Assembly (NCBI GenBank): GCA_010093605.1
Contig: MU004203.1
Location: forward strand, 512,391 to 576,390
From: Lophium mytilinum
Lineage: Eukaryota
Reading direction: 5' to 3'
DNA length: 64,000 nucleotides
Numbering within the stretch: position 1 is the first letter of the stretch; every line of letters starts with the position of its first letter. The notes under the pieces were generated by a model. It saw only the letters and a list, made by a program, of their open reading frames with translations. It did not search any database and was not told the DNA's origin. Below, one piece after another: positions 1-12,249 of the stretch. Both the position numbers and the translations under genes were made by a program.

Positions 1-173
1 AGGATCCTGGGGCACACAATGCTGCCATGAAGGACCTCGCCACTACGAAAAGTTGGAATCTCTTGACGAGGTAAGCTATCAATCATCGGCTTCCTCTGAT
101 CATGAACTCATCTCTGGATAGATTTGCTTTAGACCACAGCCAAGTCCCAATTCGGTACTTGGACACTGCCTAA
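1..173 (+). CDS. Possible 3' end of a spliced gene truncated by the window edge
   Basis: GTAAGC donor at 71 and AG at 120-121. Splicing gives ...DPGAHNAAMKDLATTKSWNLLTR/FALDHSQVPIRYLDTA* (TAA 171-173). No family recognised. Confidence 0.3.
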
Positions 174-1710
174 TAGGTACTTGCTTGCCGCTGTTTGCGG
201 TGCTCTAGCATACTATCAGAAATCCTATTTATATATCAAAGTCCTTATACCACATACCAGGACCGCGTCAGGTTCTCATGGGCTTTCAAGGGAATACGAG
301 TCTACTGAAAAGACCTGTCATGACTGTTTCTGTACTCTTACTACTTGATTCAGACATTACGTGAAACATTTTGGCGAAACACGGCAAAGTCGCTCTGCGG
401 AGGCCGGACTCGTACGCGCGACATTGGATCACATTCGATGTCTCAACGAAGCGACACGTGGGAGGAAGGATAAGGTCCCTGCGTATGGATCCGGGATCAC
501 TATCTGGAGTCTCATGATGTCTTGATACGCGAGAACAAAGGTTTGCCGCATTCATGGGAAGTGCTGTTTTATGTTGAGCTGATCATAGGAGTCTGTTCGG
601 AGTTTAGCCTGAGAGTACTGATATTCACGTTGAAACAAATACAGGACTATTTGAATCAAGTTGAAAGGTCTGTGAGCAGACCATGTGACCGCAGTACGAT
701 GATGCATGGAATTCGACAAGCATAGGTCTTACGGGTTCCAGAAACCCGCAAGCAACAATCGTCATGTCTAGGTTTCTGTTCGCAAGATGAGGACCTGGCC
801 GGTAGGATTCCGGGAGATGTATTTATGCTAGCGCAAAGGGGGTATACCGAACCTTGTAAACCTTTTTGTTTCTCAGTAGCGCCGATATGTATGCAATGTA
901 GTATACTTCGATGTCCTCAATATCAGTCCCGAATGCAACCCCTCATACTAACTAGATGGGTGTTTATTAGCGGACCAGATTCCGCCATTTGAATTCCTGG
1001 CACGGTAGCACGTGATGCACCTTCTGCATCCATCCCGCGGCCGATGCCAACCCCTAGCCTCGCATCTCTCATCACGACAGCGGACTTCGACGCCCAGCTT
1101 CCACTCCAAGACACCAAGCTTCCTACTCCAGTCCTACCAAGATTTGTCGACTGCTTGGCAGTCGCTCCAATGGCCCTTTCGCAGTCGTCGGCGGCGCCGC
1201 ACCGCTCACCTGCTCCATGCAGCTCCATGTCGTTAATCTGCGTGCCAGGCCAGACAGCCAATCAAGACCATGTTTCAACTATGCATCTCAACCCACCACG
1301 GTGGCGGCTGATAGGAGCATTCTCGCATGCCCCGCGCGCGCCGGCCAAGACCTGCAGGCACAGGGACGACCGTCCTGGGCATTGTTGCACCGATGATCTT
1401 AGCCCTGTTATGGGAGGTCTCAATTGATTGCAGGGAGTTGCATGTTGTCGCATTGGCAGGTTGCCCAGCAGCCAGATGGCGACATGGTGCTTTATCCGTG
1501 GCCACCAGCGCGGGGAGTATTTATCTTGCCTGGTACCCGGTCGCTGCTGCTGTTGCTTTGAAGTTCATCGCGCGCTCTGAGCTCTGAGACACGCGTTGTC
1601 CTGAGCTGTTGAGATTCTTGTGCGGCTTCATTTTTAGACGTGTCTCTCGCTTTGCATCGTTACAGAGTCTTTCTTCTCGTTCCCGTTATCAATCGCTTTC
1701 ATTCGATAAG

Positions 1711-3656
1711 ATGCGTTGCTCTAGATTGGTCGCCGGGCTTTTGGGCCTGGTGGGAGCTGTCAATTGCTTGACTACCTCCCATGTTGAGATCATGGAGAAG
1801 CTGCGCGGAGTGCCCGAGGGCTGGAAGGCTGCGGAAACTCCGAATCCGAGCAGGAGGATGCACTTCCGTATTGCTCTGACCAAGGTACGCTTCAATTGAT
1901 TGCGCAACCTCTCGCTAGCCTTGAAACCATGCTTGTACATCTATACTAACCGATTCCTCAGTCGAATCAGGCGCTGTTTGAGCAAAGCCTGATCGAAGTG
2001 TCGACTCCAGAACACGCAAGATATGGGCAGCACTTGAAGAGGGACGAGCTCAAGGACATGCTACGACCATCTCCCGAAGCTACCGTCGCCGTCATCGAGT
2101 GGCTTCGAGACTCTAATGTCCGCAGCGAGGACATTGAAGAAGATGGCGAGTGGATCAACTTCGTTGCATCAGTATCCACTGCTGAGAAGATGATGGATGC
2201 CAAGTTCACCACCTACCGCAGTCTTACCCGATCAACGGTCAAGAAGACCCGAACTCTTCAGTACTCCGTCCCTAAGGAACTCCACAGTTTCATTGACATG
2301 ATCCAACCTACCACCCGGTTTGGTCAAATCCGCGCCAATAGGTACCAGTACCTTAGCAAGGAGATCATTGGTGCTGCTGGCACCGGACTCAATGTAACCC
2401 AGTGCAACACTACTGTCACTCCAGCTTGCCTTCGAGACCTGTACAAGTTCGGAACCTACAAAATCGACCCCAAAGCTGGAAGCAAGCTTGGTGTTAATGG
2501 TTTCTTGGAGGAGTACGCTCTTTTCGCTGACCTGGCGCAATTCAATGCTGAGTACGCACCATGGGCAGTTGGCAGCAACTTTACTTGGACCTCAGTTCAT
2601 GGTAAGAATAACGTGCCATTATTGAAAGCCATATACTAATATATCGTAGGTGGCGTTCTACCACAGAACACTCAAAACGACAGCGTGGAGGCCAATCTCG
2701 ACATCCAATATACTGTGCCCTTGACAAGCCCGGGCACTGCGACAAATTTCTACAGCACTGCAGGCCGGGGCGAACTCATTCCTGACCTCGACCAACCCAA
2801 TCCAGAGGACAACGAGAACGAGCCTTATCTTGATTTCTTCACTTTCCTTACCGGATTGAAGGATGAGGAACTCCCCCAAACGCTCACCACATCGTACGGC
2901 GAAGACGAGCAGAGCGTACCAGAGCAGTATTCGAAGACGGTGTGTGACCTGATCGGCCAATTGGGCGCACGCGGCGTTTCGGTCCTTTTCTCTAGTGGTG
3001 ACACAGGTGTCGGGTCGGCGTGCCAGACCAACGACGGCAAGAACACAACGCGCTTCCTGCCCACGTTCCCCGCTTCCTGTCCCTATGTCACCGCAGTTGG
3101 GGGCACCCACTATGTCGAGCCCGAATCCGCGATCTACTTCTCCTCTGGTGGCTTCTCAGACCGGTTCCCTCGCCCTTCTTACCAGGACAAGGCTGTAGGC
3201 GATTACCTCAAGATCCTCGGTGATCGTTGGTCAGGTTTGTACAACCCAGCTGGGCGCGGCATTCCCGATATCGCGGCACAGGGTACACGTTTCCGTGTGA
3301 TCGATAAAGGCGTTGAGATCTCGGTCGGTGGCACCAGCGCGTCTGCACCCACGGTTGCGTCAGTTGTGTCGCTGCTCAACAACGCCAGGCTCTCGGCGGG
3401 CAAGCCGCCGCTCGGCTTCCTGAACCCTTTGATATACAGCAAAGGCTTCAAGGGCCTCAACGACGTCACTACGGGGGGCTCGACTGGCTGCACGGGACGT
3501 GATATTTATTCGGGACTTCCAGCGCCGTTTGTGCCATATGCCAGCTGGAACGCGACAAAGGGGTGGGATCCGGTCACTGGATATGGCACGCCCGACTTTG
3601 AGAAGCTGTTAAAGATTGTGCTGGGGGGAGGGTATGGGGGATACAGGAGGAGCTGA
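1711..3656 (+). CDS. Secreted tripeptidyl peptidase / sedolisin (peptidase S53); exons 1711-1884, 1962-2601, 2650-3656
   Basis: Signal peptide [19 protein letters not shown]; prodomain ([13 protein letters not shown]); catalytic motifs [22 protein letters not shown]; Ca-binding [10 protein letters not shown]. Canonical introns keep the frame. Confidence 0.95.
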
Positions 3657-4818
3657 GAAGTGATAGAGGAGGTGTGAAGCATGTCCTCGGACTTATTTTT
3701 CTCTTGTGACACACACATACGCATTATTGACTTCATCGAGCATGGCAATCTTGTTTATTTGCGATCTGAATTGGCGTTGAATGCACAAGCTTCGGGCGTG
3801 AGGCTCAAGGCGCGCTATCGAATCTTGATTCGAGATCGCAACGCCACAGCCGGCGGCGCCGTTGAGATCTCGGCCTAAGGTTCAACCTGCATTGTACTCC
3901 CTCCCCATCACTTAACCTCATCGAAATCTTGCAAGTCATCCCATTAAGCTACTGACGAAGGATTGAGGAATCGCTCTCGATGCGCATCATGGATTCGTGT
4001 TTCTAGAAGGCCATCCATGCTCCGCACAGCCCCCGCGTCGCGAGAAGCTTTGATTCCTCCGAGCTGCCCCTTACGGATAGGTAGCTCACCCTTGCAGTGC
4101 TGCTTATCGGCTTAGGCGCCGGCCCGCAGCGCTGTGCCCACTGGTGGCTGGGGAGATTGCTGACCTTGTCTTTCCCCTCCTGCTCTGTCGGGGTTAAGAG
4201 CATCGCACCCGGCAGCCTGTTGGGGCAGGTCGGCCGTCGACAGTGGGTAGGATGCCATCACCACTTTCATCTCGTCTTTTGTTGCCTTTGGCGGGGAGAG
4301 GCCGTTGTCCGAGCGCGATGAAGAGCCCGAGTCTTCTGTTCAAGTGCATGCGTTTGTGTTCTAAAGCATGAAACAAATTCCCCGGAGATGCAGGTGGTTA
4401 AGGTGGTGATCCCCGCGTCTCCATTTCATTCACCCCTGACCCCAGCATCATCTGGACAGGCACCGAGGTCATCGAGCTCCGCCGCCACTATCTGCGAGCC
4501 CTGGAGTCGTGGGGCCCGCCGTTCGCTGTGGCGGAAATGATGCTGTTCACTTTTCTCGTATGAGCAGGGCCAGCTACTGTAGTGCGGTACTCGGCCTGCC
4601 TATCGTGGCATCGGCTTCGCCCGCAAGCACGGTAAAGCCGGTAAGCCGCCAGGCACAGCAAGTGTTGATAAACAGCGCCCTGTCCTACTTGCAGGTGACG
4701 TCGCGCTCTCTTACTTTCCTGCGTGCGTCCTCTCTTTCACCCTCACCACATCAATCACGCGTAACTACGTGTGTCTTGAAGCCAATTGAAGCCAATTGGT
4801 TGCTCTGAGCTGCAAAAG

Positions 4819-6952
4819 ATGCGCTTCTCTGCTCTCCTCGCCGTTGCCGGCATTGCTGGCTCGGTGGCTGCTAGAAGCCCGCTTCATGTGGGCAAGATGA
4901 TGCAAGACCGCTCGCCGGCGCGTCCGAGGTTTGGCTTCCCTAAGAATCCTACTGAGGGAAGAAAGGTGGAGAAGAGGGCTACTATCCTGCCGCAGAACGC
5001 GAATACTACCAGTAAGTCTATCTCCGGTGTTATTGCCCGTTGATTACAATACTTACAAGTCTACAGAGTATGCTGTGGATGGGACCGCTCTCCCGGACGT
5101 CGACTTCGACATTGGCGAATCCTACGCTGGCCTCATGCCCATCTCCTCAGCTGCCAATGCATCCGAGCTCTACTTTTGGTACTTCCCGTCCTCGAACCCG
5201 CTCGCAGAGGACGAGATCACTATCTGGCTGAATGGTGGCCCCGGTTGCTCTTCTCTCGAGGGCTTCCTGCAAGAGAACGGCCCTGTGCTCTGGCAATACG
5301 GCACCTTCAAGCCCGTTCAGAATCCCTGGACCTGGGTCAATCTGACCAACATGGTCTGGGTAGAACAGCCCGTCGGTACTGGGTTCTCTCAGGGCACTCC
5401 CACTGCCACCAACGAAGCGGAAGCTGCTGCTCAGTTCCTCGGCTTCTTCAAGAACTTCGTCGATACTTTCGGGCTCCAAAATAAGAAGATTTACATCACG
5501 GGCGAGAGCTACGCAGGTGAGATGAATTGTATATATTTATATGTAAAATATAACAAACTAACATAACAATCTAGGGATGTATGTACCTTGTAAGTGATCC
5601 CCGGACACAGATAAAGGGTTTCCCAGCAACTTTTGGTGTGAAAAACTACTTGGGGAGTATTCCGAGACAACCACTGGTAGCCACTGCTTGGGGTACTCCC
5701 ACAGAGTTTCGAAGACTCGAGGGCGATGTCAAACTTCAAGCAGTGTAGATTAGACTGCCTCTTGACTGATTGCCTGCTCAGCATTCAGGCTACCCCGAAC
5801 AGTGGTGTTGAGTGGGCAAATCGGACAGTGGTGTCTTGGCATTCCCTGAAGGAGTGGCTCACGCAACATAACCTGTCATCAATATCTGTTTTCTCACTCT
5901 GTTTCTGAAAGATTTGCTAACTTTATTGCCACCTTTAGATATCGCGGATGCCATGTTCAACAAGAAGGACAAGACGCACTTTGATATCCAGTCCATCATG
6001 ATCTACGACCCTAGCACCAGCTACGACGTTGTTCAGCAGCAGAGTAAGTGTCCACGCGTCTCTCATTGCCTGAAGTCGATCTTAACACGCTCCAGTTCCC
6101 GCCGTCCCCTTCGTCGACGCCTGGGCGCCCCTCTTCAACCTCAACAAGACCTTCACGGCCGACATCCACAAGCGCGCTAAGAAGTGCGGCTACACCGACT
6201 TCCTCAACCAAGCCCTTGTTTTCCCACCCAAGCACCACCCGCTCCCCTCGCCCCCCTCTGCCTCAGCCCCTGGCTGCGACCTCTGGGACGACATCCTCAA
6301 CGCCGTGCTCCTGACCAACCCCTGCTTCGACATCTACGCCATCGCCACCACCTGCCCGCTCCTCTGGGACGTACTCGGCTTCCCAGGCTCCATCCCCTAC
6401 CAACCCGAAGGCGCCACCATCTACTTCAATCGCACCGAAGTGCAAAAGGCCATCAACGCGCCCGTGCAGGAGTGGGAGGAGTGCTCCAACGGCGTGCTCG
6501 ACACGGACACCTCGCCTCCCTCAGGTCTGTCCGTCTTGCCCAAAGTCATCGAGCGCACGAAGCGCACCGTCATCGTGCACGGCGAGCTCGACTACATACT
6601 GATCGCCAACGGCACGCTCATGATGATCCAGAACATGACGTGGCACGGCAAGCAGGGGTTCCAGAGCAAGCCCAAGGACGAGTTCTTCGTGCCGTACCAT
6701 GACGAGGCGAGTCTGGCGACGATGGCGGCGAGTGGGATTATGGGGACTACGCATACGGAGAGGGGGCTGACGTGGGTCGAGACGAGGCTCAGTGGGCATA
6801 TGGTGCCGCAGTATCAGCCGTCTGCTGCGTATCGCCAGCTGGAGTTCTTGTTGGGGCGGATTGATTCGCTTACGGAGAAGGGGAGCTTTACGACGCAGCC
6901 GGGTGGGCATTATGGGGGGAAGGAGAGGAGGGAGATAGAGGCTGGAGCTTAG
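4819..6952 (+). CDS. Secreted serine carboxypeptidase (peptidase S10); exons 4819-5011, 5067-5516, 5575-5589, 5939-6043, 6096-6952
   Basis: Signal peptide; [21 protein letters not shown], catalytic GESYAG-MYVPYI (completed by a 15-nt microexon), HGELD and [10 protein letters not shown] motifs. Confidence 0.95.
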
Positions 6953-7367
6953 AGAGATGAAAGACGGGAGGTCGGAAGACAGCTTAATGTGTAACTATAG
7001 TCTATGACAACGGCGGAAAAACGAAAAGAGAGTATATGATCTGAAAGACTCACAATGCTACCAAAATTACGTGAGCCATACAATACTAGGCTATAAGTCT
7101 GGGCACACGAATGTAACAGGACGCGGCTCTAGCTTGCTTATTCGACACCGCTGTTGGGGGTAGCTTGGCTGCTTAGCAGCTAGTTAGTCTAGAGGCAGTC
7201 TAATTTGCACTGCTTGACACTTGATATAGGCATTGAGTCTTCGAGAGCCTGTTGGGGCACCTCAAGCAGTGGCGAACCAGTGTGCCCAGGCTTGTGGCCT
7301 GTCACTGTAATATTTCTCAACCGGTCGCATCTGTAAGGTCAGGTGATCTAGCTACGTAAATATGCAC

Positions 7368-8345
7368 GTGAACCCCTGTGACCTCCATTGCAATTCTTCT
7401 GACGTTGGCTATAAAATCCCCTTCCATTCCTCCTCTTTCTTCCTCCGCAGGGACAGTGAGAGGGGCCTGATCTTGAAATAGAATCGACGAACACCGCATG
7501 GCCGCGGGAGCAAAACCATTGAAAACACGATACGCTATATGGTGTGTGGAGTCAAGCTGATGGAGGCGTGTCGGGACTGGAGGTAGTGTGAAGCTCACTA
7601 CGCCCTCGGCCCATGGCGGGAGAGCGAGGTGCTGGGTACAAAAAACTGGTCACTGGTGCTTCTGATGGAGAGAAGAGAGGGAGGGGAGTTTGGGCGTCAA
7701 AATGTCCAGCTGGCACTTCAATGGGAGGAGCTGGCAACGGCACAGCGCACTGATGATCGTCAGGCTCATGAAGCAGCAGTGGTGAGTATTATAGGAGAGG
7801 GTGAGCGAGTCACATTGGAGTCAAAAAGTGATGAATGAATAGCATAAGTTTACGCCTTCATCCTTTGTACGTCTACGACGGGGTAGAAGGTAATTTCTAT
7901 CCTCAGGTTTGCCATAAGGCTGGGCCAGATAGGGGTTTCAATACGGCATTTCGGCTTCCCTTAGAGATGAGAGGAAGGGAGGGACGGCGCCCAGTAGCTA
8001 CGGAAATCCCAGCATACTAGCCTGCCAGGTGTGGTTGGCTGGAAGAAAAGGGTGCGGGGAAATGATTGCTATCCCACAGCGGGCGATTGGATAATGTGAA
8101 CCCCGTGACCGTCCCATGACCTCCTTGGCGAAACTCTTCGACAGCGGGTATAAAAGCCCCTCCCTCACTTCTCTTTCTTTTCTCTCAGGGAAGTGAGTCG
8201 GGAGTTGGAAATTGAAAGCTACAGAGTTCTCTCGTTATGGCCGCAGGAGTAAAACCCCATACCTAATTCATCGATGGTAGGGTGATTGGGACTGCAAAAC
8301 CACTCTAATAGAAACCCTTGGATTGTGTGGGGGATTGGGGGTGCA
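7368..8345. repeat. Degenerate direct duplication, units about 7368-7590 and 8096-8345
   Basis: Shared collinear blocks: GTGAACCCC..GTGACC, TATAAAA (7410; 8149), pyrimidine tract + CAGGGA..GTGAG, and ATGGCCGC(G/A)GGAG(C/T)AAAACC (7498; 8237). Confidence 0.6.
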
Positions 8346-9625
8346 ACATTACCTTCGCAGCTTACAATGGAAGAAAGAAAGAAAGGGTGGTGTGTTGGAA
8401 AACCTTGAGGGATTTTTCTCGATGAGAGAGGCTGGGCAGCAGATGTGATGATGACTATCTCGACTATCTCCAGCGTCTTGATTGCAGTGAGCGATAACGT
8501 GGTCGGTTGATGAGAAAAAAAGAGATAGGTAAATAGTAGAATAGCGGAATCGGAGATCGATGGGAGGAAGAAAGAGTGGAAATGGTGGCGAACATCATGA
8601 GTGCACTACAACTACATCACGCTCCATGATCGAAGAGGGGCAGGATGTTAAACCCTCCTCTCTGATCTTCCATGTCGTAACGGCCTTTCTATTTTGATCA
8701 GCGACCGTCCATTTCCCGCCTCCCTCCTCTTCCATCCTCCATCAAATGCTTGTCGAGTACCTTTTTGATGAGAGGTCGAAGAAGCGGCTGCTGCACTGAA
8801 GAAGGAGGGCTAGACAGGGTTTGAGAGGTATATATACGCGCATAACTGGGATGAGTAAGCGAGTCACGTGAGCTACTCCTATGGACTTCAGACTTCACAG
8901 AAGAATAGTATGATGAATATACAAGCCAGACCACGATATAAAGATGTCTACTTCAAGCAGCTTAAAGGCCTAAGTTAAGAGTTCTCAAAATATGATAACC
9001 GTTGCAGCAAGATATTGTCACGTGTGTGCAGATGAGCTTGACTAATTACAGCGTTGATGAGGTTGCTTAGGTAACTAGCGTTTCTACCGCGACGCGATCA
9101 CGAGTGGCGATTCGGTCCGAGAGTATATCTCTCCTACACCATACCGCAGATAATTTCATGCGTTGCGGTCTAAATAGTTCCATGCGATCTTTGTCAATGC
9201 CTTGGAGGACTCTAAACGGACCCACCCGCCTGGCACCAACAGGACTCACATCACAACGCGGACAGCTTGGTGTCGGAAAGAAGCATTGCTCGAATCACAT
9301 GTCGCGATTTATGACATTACGCTGATTTTCTTCAACCGCTTGAAGGTCTTCGGACGGCGTCACCTACCCAACGACATGCTTACCGCGAGGACTCGCACGA
9401 TCACGCGCATTGGCGTGAGGATTGAAGAGAAGCAGCGTCTCATTTCCATGTCACGCCTACAACATTACTAGACGCACTTCAGACGGCCTTGATATGCCGG
9501 AAAAGCATTTATATTTCGTAGGAGCGTCTGTTTTACAGTTCTGGATCCTGGTGCTTACAAACGCCAGCCATCGAGGTCTTTTCCACACGAATGCCCATAG
9601 CTCTCTCTTCATTCCTGATGTAATT

Positions 9626-10291
9626 TCAATCCTCCACACCTGTATTCTTCTCGTGGTCCGCATCTAGTATAGTAACCCTTTTCTCTCCTCGTTCAGGTCC
9701 CATATACAGCTCATTGTATGCCCCTCGAAAGCTTGAATATCTGGAGAAGGCCCATGTAATCCTCATCTCATCCTCAGCCTGTCTAGCCCACTTCTCTCTC
9801 TGCTCCTCAATCACCACCCTCATTCTATCGTCTTGATGGGCCGTGGATATAAGAAGCGTAACCTCTACCAACAACCGAGCAACCTTAGGCTCGTGCAAAC
9901 CTCGGAAGAACACACTCGCCATAATATATCCATATTCTGGGAACTCCTCGTCATATCGTTTAAGCCAGGCGTACAAGCTCGATGGGGTGCTCCCATGAAG
10001 ACCCATGTAGATGGAGAGTCCAGGATGCCTAGCGAGGACGCGAAATTTGAATTTAGCGATATCCACGGGCTTGGGCATGACCTTAGGGCAGAAGGAGGCA
10101 AGATATGGGGTTGGCGCAGGTGTGTGGCACCGCAGAGGCGGGATGTGGAATCGAAGAGCGGACTGAGGATTTTCGGGGTGTTGCTCAGGAAGCTCGGAAA
10201 TATCTGAGGCGAGCGATGTCTTGTTCTGTTCGCCGCTGTAGTCTGGATGCGGACACACCTCGGACTGACTGACAGCAGGCGTAGCTTCCAT
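9626..10291 (-). CDS. Hypothetical protein, 221 aa
   Basis: ATG-started 221-codon ORF with protein-like composition, divergent from the 10654 ORF. No domain recognised. Confidence 0.5.
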   Translation of the reverse strand: MEATPAVSQSEVCPHPDYSGEQNKTSLASDISELPEQHPENPQSALRFHIPPLRCHTPAPTPYLASFCPKVMPKPVDIAKFKFRVLARHPGLSIYMGLHGSTPSSLYAWLKRYDEEFPEYGYIMASVFFRGLHEPKVARLLVEVTLLISTAHQDDRMRVVIEEQREKWARQAEDEMRITWAFSRYSSFRGAYNELYMGPERGEKRVTILDADHEKNTGVED

Positions 10292-10653
10292 ATCGATCGA
10301 GGTTGAAAGTAGGATAGGACTGAACTGCTGAAAACGTGTTAGAGAAGGCTTTTATGTGCGCGGTTTCTACATGATTCATTGGAGAACCAAGGTTCTAAAC
10401 TAGGAGGTATGGTTTTCCTGATTCAGATCCGTAAGTTTTGGTATTGTCAACCACGGTACCCTTTCGCGAATCCAGGCCCCACTCATCTAGCCACACACTT
10501 TCATCGCCGTTTCTTCTTAATTTCCATGCCTGTCTTTTACCGTACCTCAGCTAATTCTCTAACACACTCAGTACACCGAACTAGTCACTGAAGTTTACTT
10601 TCTGCTCTTTAGGCACTCCAACTACCTACAGAAATATACTCAACGTCCAAACA

Positions 10654-12108
10654 ATGACGTCTCCAAGCAGCTCTAGAAACGTGTACACTTTCAGTCCGTC
10701 GTTAGATGCTATGGCCCCCGTAGATACATTGCTCCCCAGCGTGCCCAGCTTCGCGTTCAACTCTTTGGACGAAGGCTTCGAACTACATCCTGGGAACTTG
10801 TACCGCAAAAGTTTCAGAAGTACCTTTGACACCAGCGGACTTACAACGCCTCCGCCGCCTCCCAGCCACAGCAAACGGAAGAGAATCGCCACTCGATGGG
10901 GTCCGCGGCTTTCTGATCTCACTCCTCAAAGAGCGAAAAGAGCTGTACCTGAACCTACTAAACGCTTCCGAGATGGAAGCCCAGTGCGCTACAAGTTACC
11001 GGCCATGCTAGAGGACACACGTTTTCCTTCTCTTATCCCCCGACAAGCAGGACCTCTTGCACCAGAACCTACGAAGTGTTCCCGGAGTCGAAGCCCAGAT
11101 CTATGCGAGGAGCAGGCCTGCTCACCAACCTCTCCCGCGTACTCGCCATTCTCTTCCTCTACTCCCTCAAGAACGGGATCAGATATAGCAATACCGCCTC
11201 AGCGCTACGATGAACGGGCTTTTACGCCAGCGTACGCACCAACCTCTCCTGCGTGCTCAGCTTGTCCTCCCTCTACTCCCCCGAAAGCGGAATCTGATAC
11301 GCCAATACCCACCCAGCGACTCCTAAGTCAAAGCCCAGTGCGTTACGAGTCATCGATCCTTTCGCCAGAGCATATACCGCTCTCCCCTGTTTTCGCCCTA
11401 AGCCCGGTGCGATACGAAGAACCGGGCTACTCGCCAGAGTACCCACCATTTTCTCCCATCTCTCCCCCAAGCCCAGGCCGCTACGAAGGCTCGGCCTATT
11501 TGCCGGATTTCCTTGACATCGTTCCTTCAATAGAACACAGTGACCCGGCTGATTGCATTTGCTGCGAGTCACGCCTCGTGGGAGAGATGTTGTCGTCGGG
11601 ACAGGCCTCGGGTGGTACGTGGTCGATAGAGAATCGGGACACGGATAGGTCGTCGCATACGCTGTTTCACGAAGAGGAAATGACGCTGGGTCGCGAAGAA
11701 GCCACCTATTCACCGCCTAACGCTAAGGATCCGGACGATCGGGCTACGTACACTCCGGCTCCACGCGTGCGTACTAGCACGGCTGAGAGGGCGGGTAGGC
11801 GGGACGCCGCTGAGGTGATGGCCTACGTTGCCCAAAGATGCTTGCGGGAAGATTTATCGGACGTGGAGGATTCATCGGACGGGCAGGGCTCGACCTGTAC
11901 TGCTAAGAGCCACTCGGTGGATAAGGAGGATGTTGTTCGCGCCGAAATAGCAGTGCTGAATGAGGAAAATATGAGAAAGCCTATCGTAGAGAGCGACCAG
12001 AGGCTGGCCATGTTACAGACGCTCGTGGAGAATGAAAGGAAGGTTCGGGCGAAAGCGTTGGAGGAGTATGAAGGCGCTATGGGGAGGGGCTACGTTTGGA
12101 GAGGCTGA
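10654..12108 (+). CDS. Hypothetical Pro/Ser-rich protein, 484 aa, with SPTSPAYSP-like repeats and a C-terminal coiled coil
   Basis: Long ATG ORF with internal DNA duplication and a heptad-like helical C-terminus (VRAEIAVLNEEN...LQTLVENERKVRAKALEEYE). Confidence 0.7.
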   Translation: MTSPSSSRNVYTFSPSLDAMAPVDTLLPSVPSFAFNSLDEGFELHPGNLYRKSFRSTFDTSGLTTPPPPPSHSKRKRIATRWGPRLSDLTPQRAKRAVPEPTKRFRDGSPVRYKLPAMLEDTRFPSLIPRQAGPLAPEPTKCSRSRSPDLCEEQACSPTSPAYSPFSSSTPSRTGSDIAIPPQRYDERAFTPAYAPTSPACSACPPSTPPKAESDTPIPTQRLLSQSPVRYESSILSPEHIPLSPVFALSPVRYEEPGYSPEYPPFSPISPPSPGRYEGSAYLPDFLDIVPSIEHSDPADCICCESRLVGEMLSSGQASGGTWSIENRDTDRSSHTLFHEEEMTLGREEATYSPPNAKDPDDRATYTPAPRVRTSTAERAGRRDAAEVMAYVAQRCLREDLSDVEDSSDGQGSTCTAKSHSVDKEDVVRAEIAVLNEENMRKPIVESDQRLAMLQTLVENERKVRAKALEEYEGAMGRGYVWRG

Positions 12109-12249
12109 GAAAGCTGCAGTAGTAGGTCGTAAGTTGGGGCACATGTATAGTCTACTGCTCAGGCTTCGCTACTGCTTGTCTGATGCCACTGCTAGGAGTG
12201 GCCTGGCTAGCAAGTTATTGAATAATCAAAGGGTACCATAATCTACACT

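Noticed and set aside
5590..5938. Hammerhead ribozyme or H/ACA snoRNA in the structured intron
   Set aside because: No CUGANGA/GAAA core arrangement, and no ANANNA box after the first hairpin.
1711..6952. Adjacent S53 and S10 proteases as a novel proteolytic cluster
   Set aside because: Both are common multi-copy secreted families; adjacency of two genes is weak evidence.
8698..9471. Short ORFs between the duplication and the 9626 gene
   Set aside because: Multiple stops in all frames and no recognisable family; possibly a relic, but unsupported.
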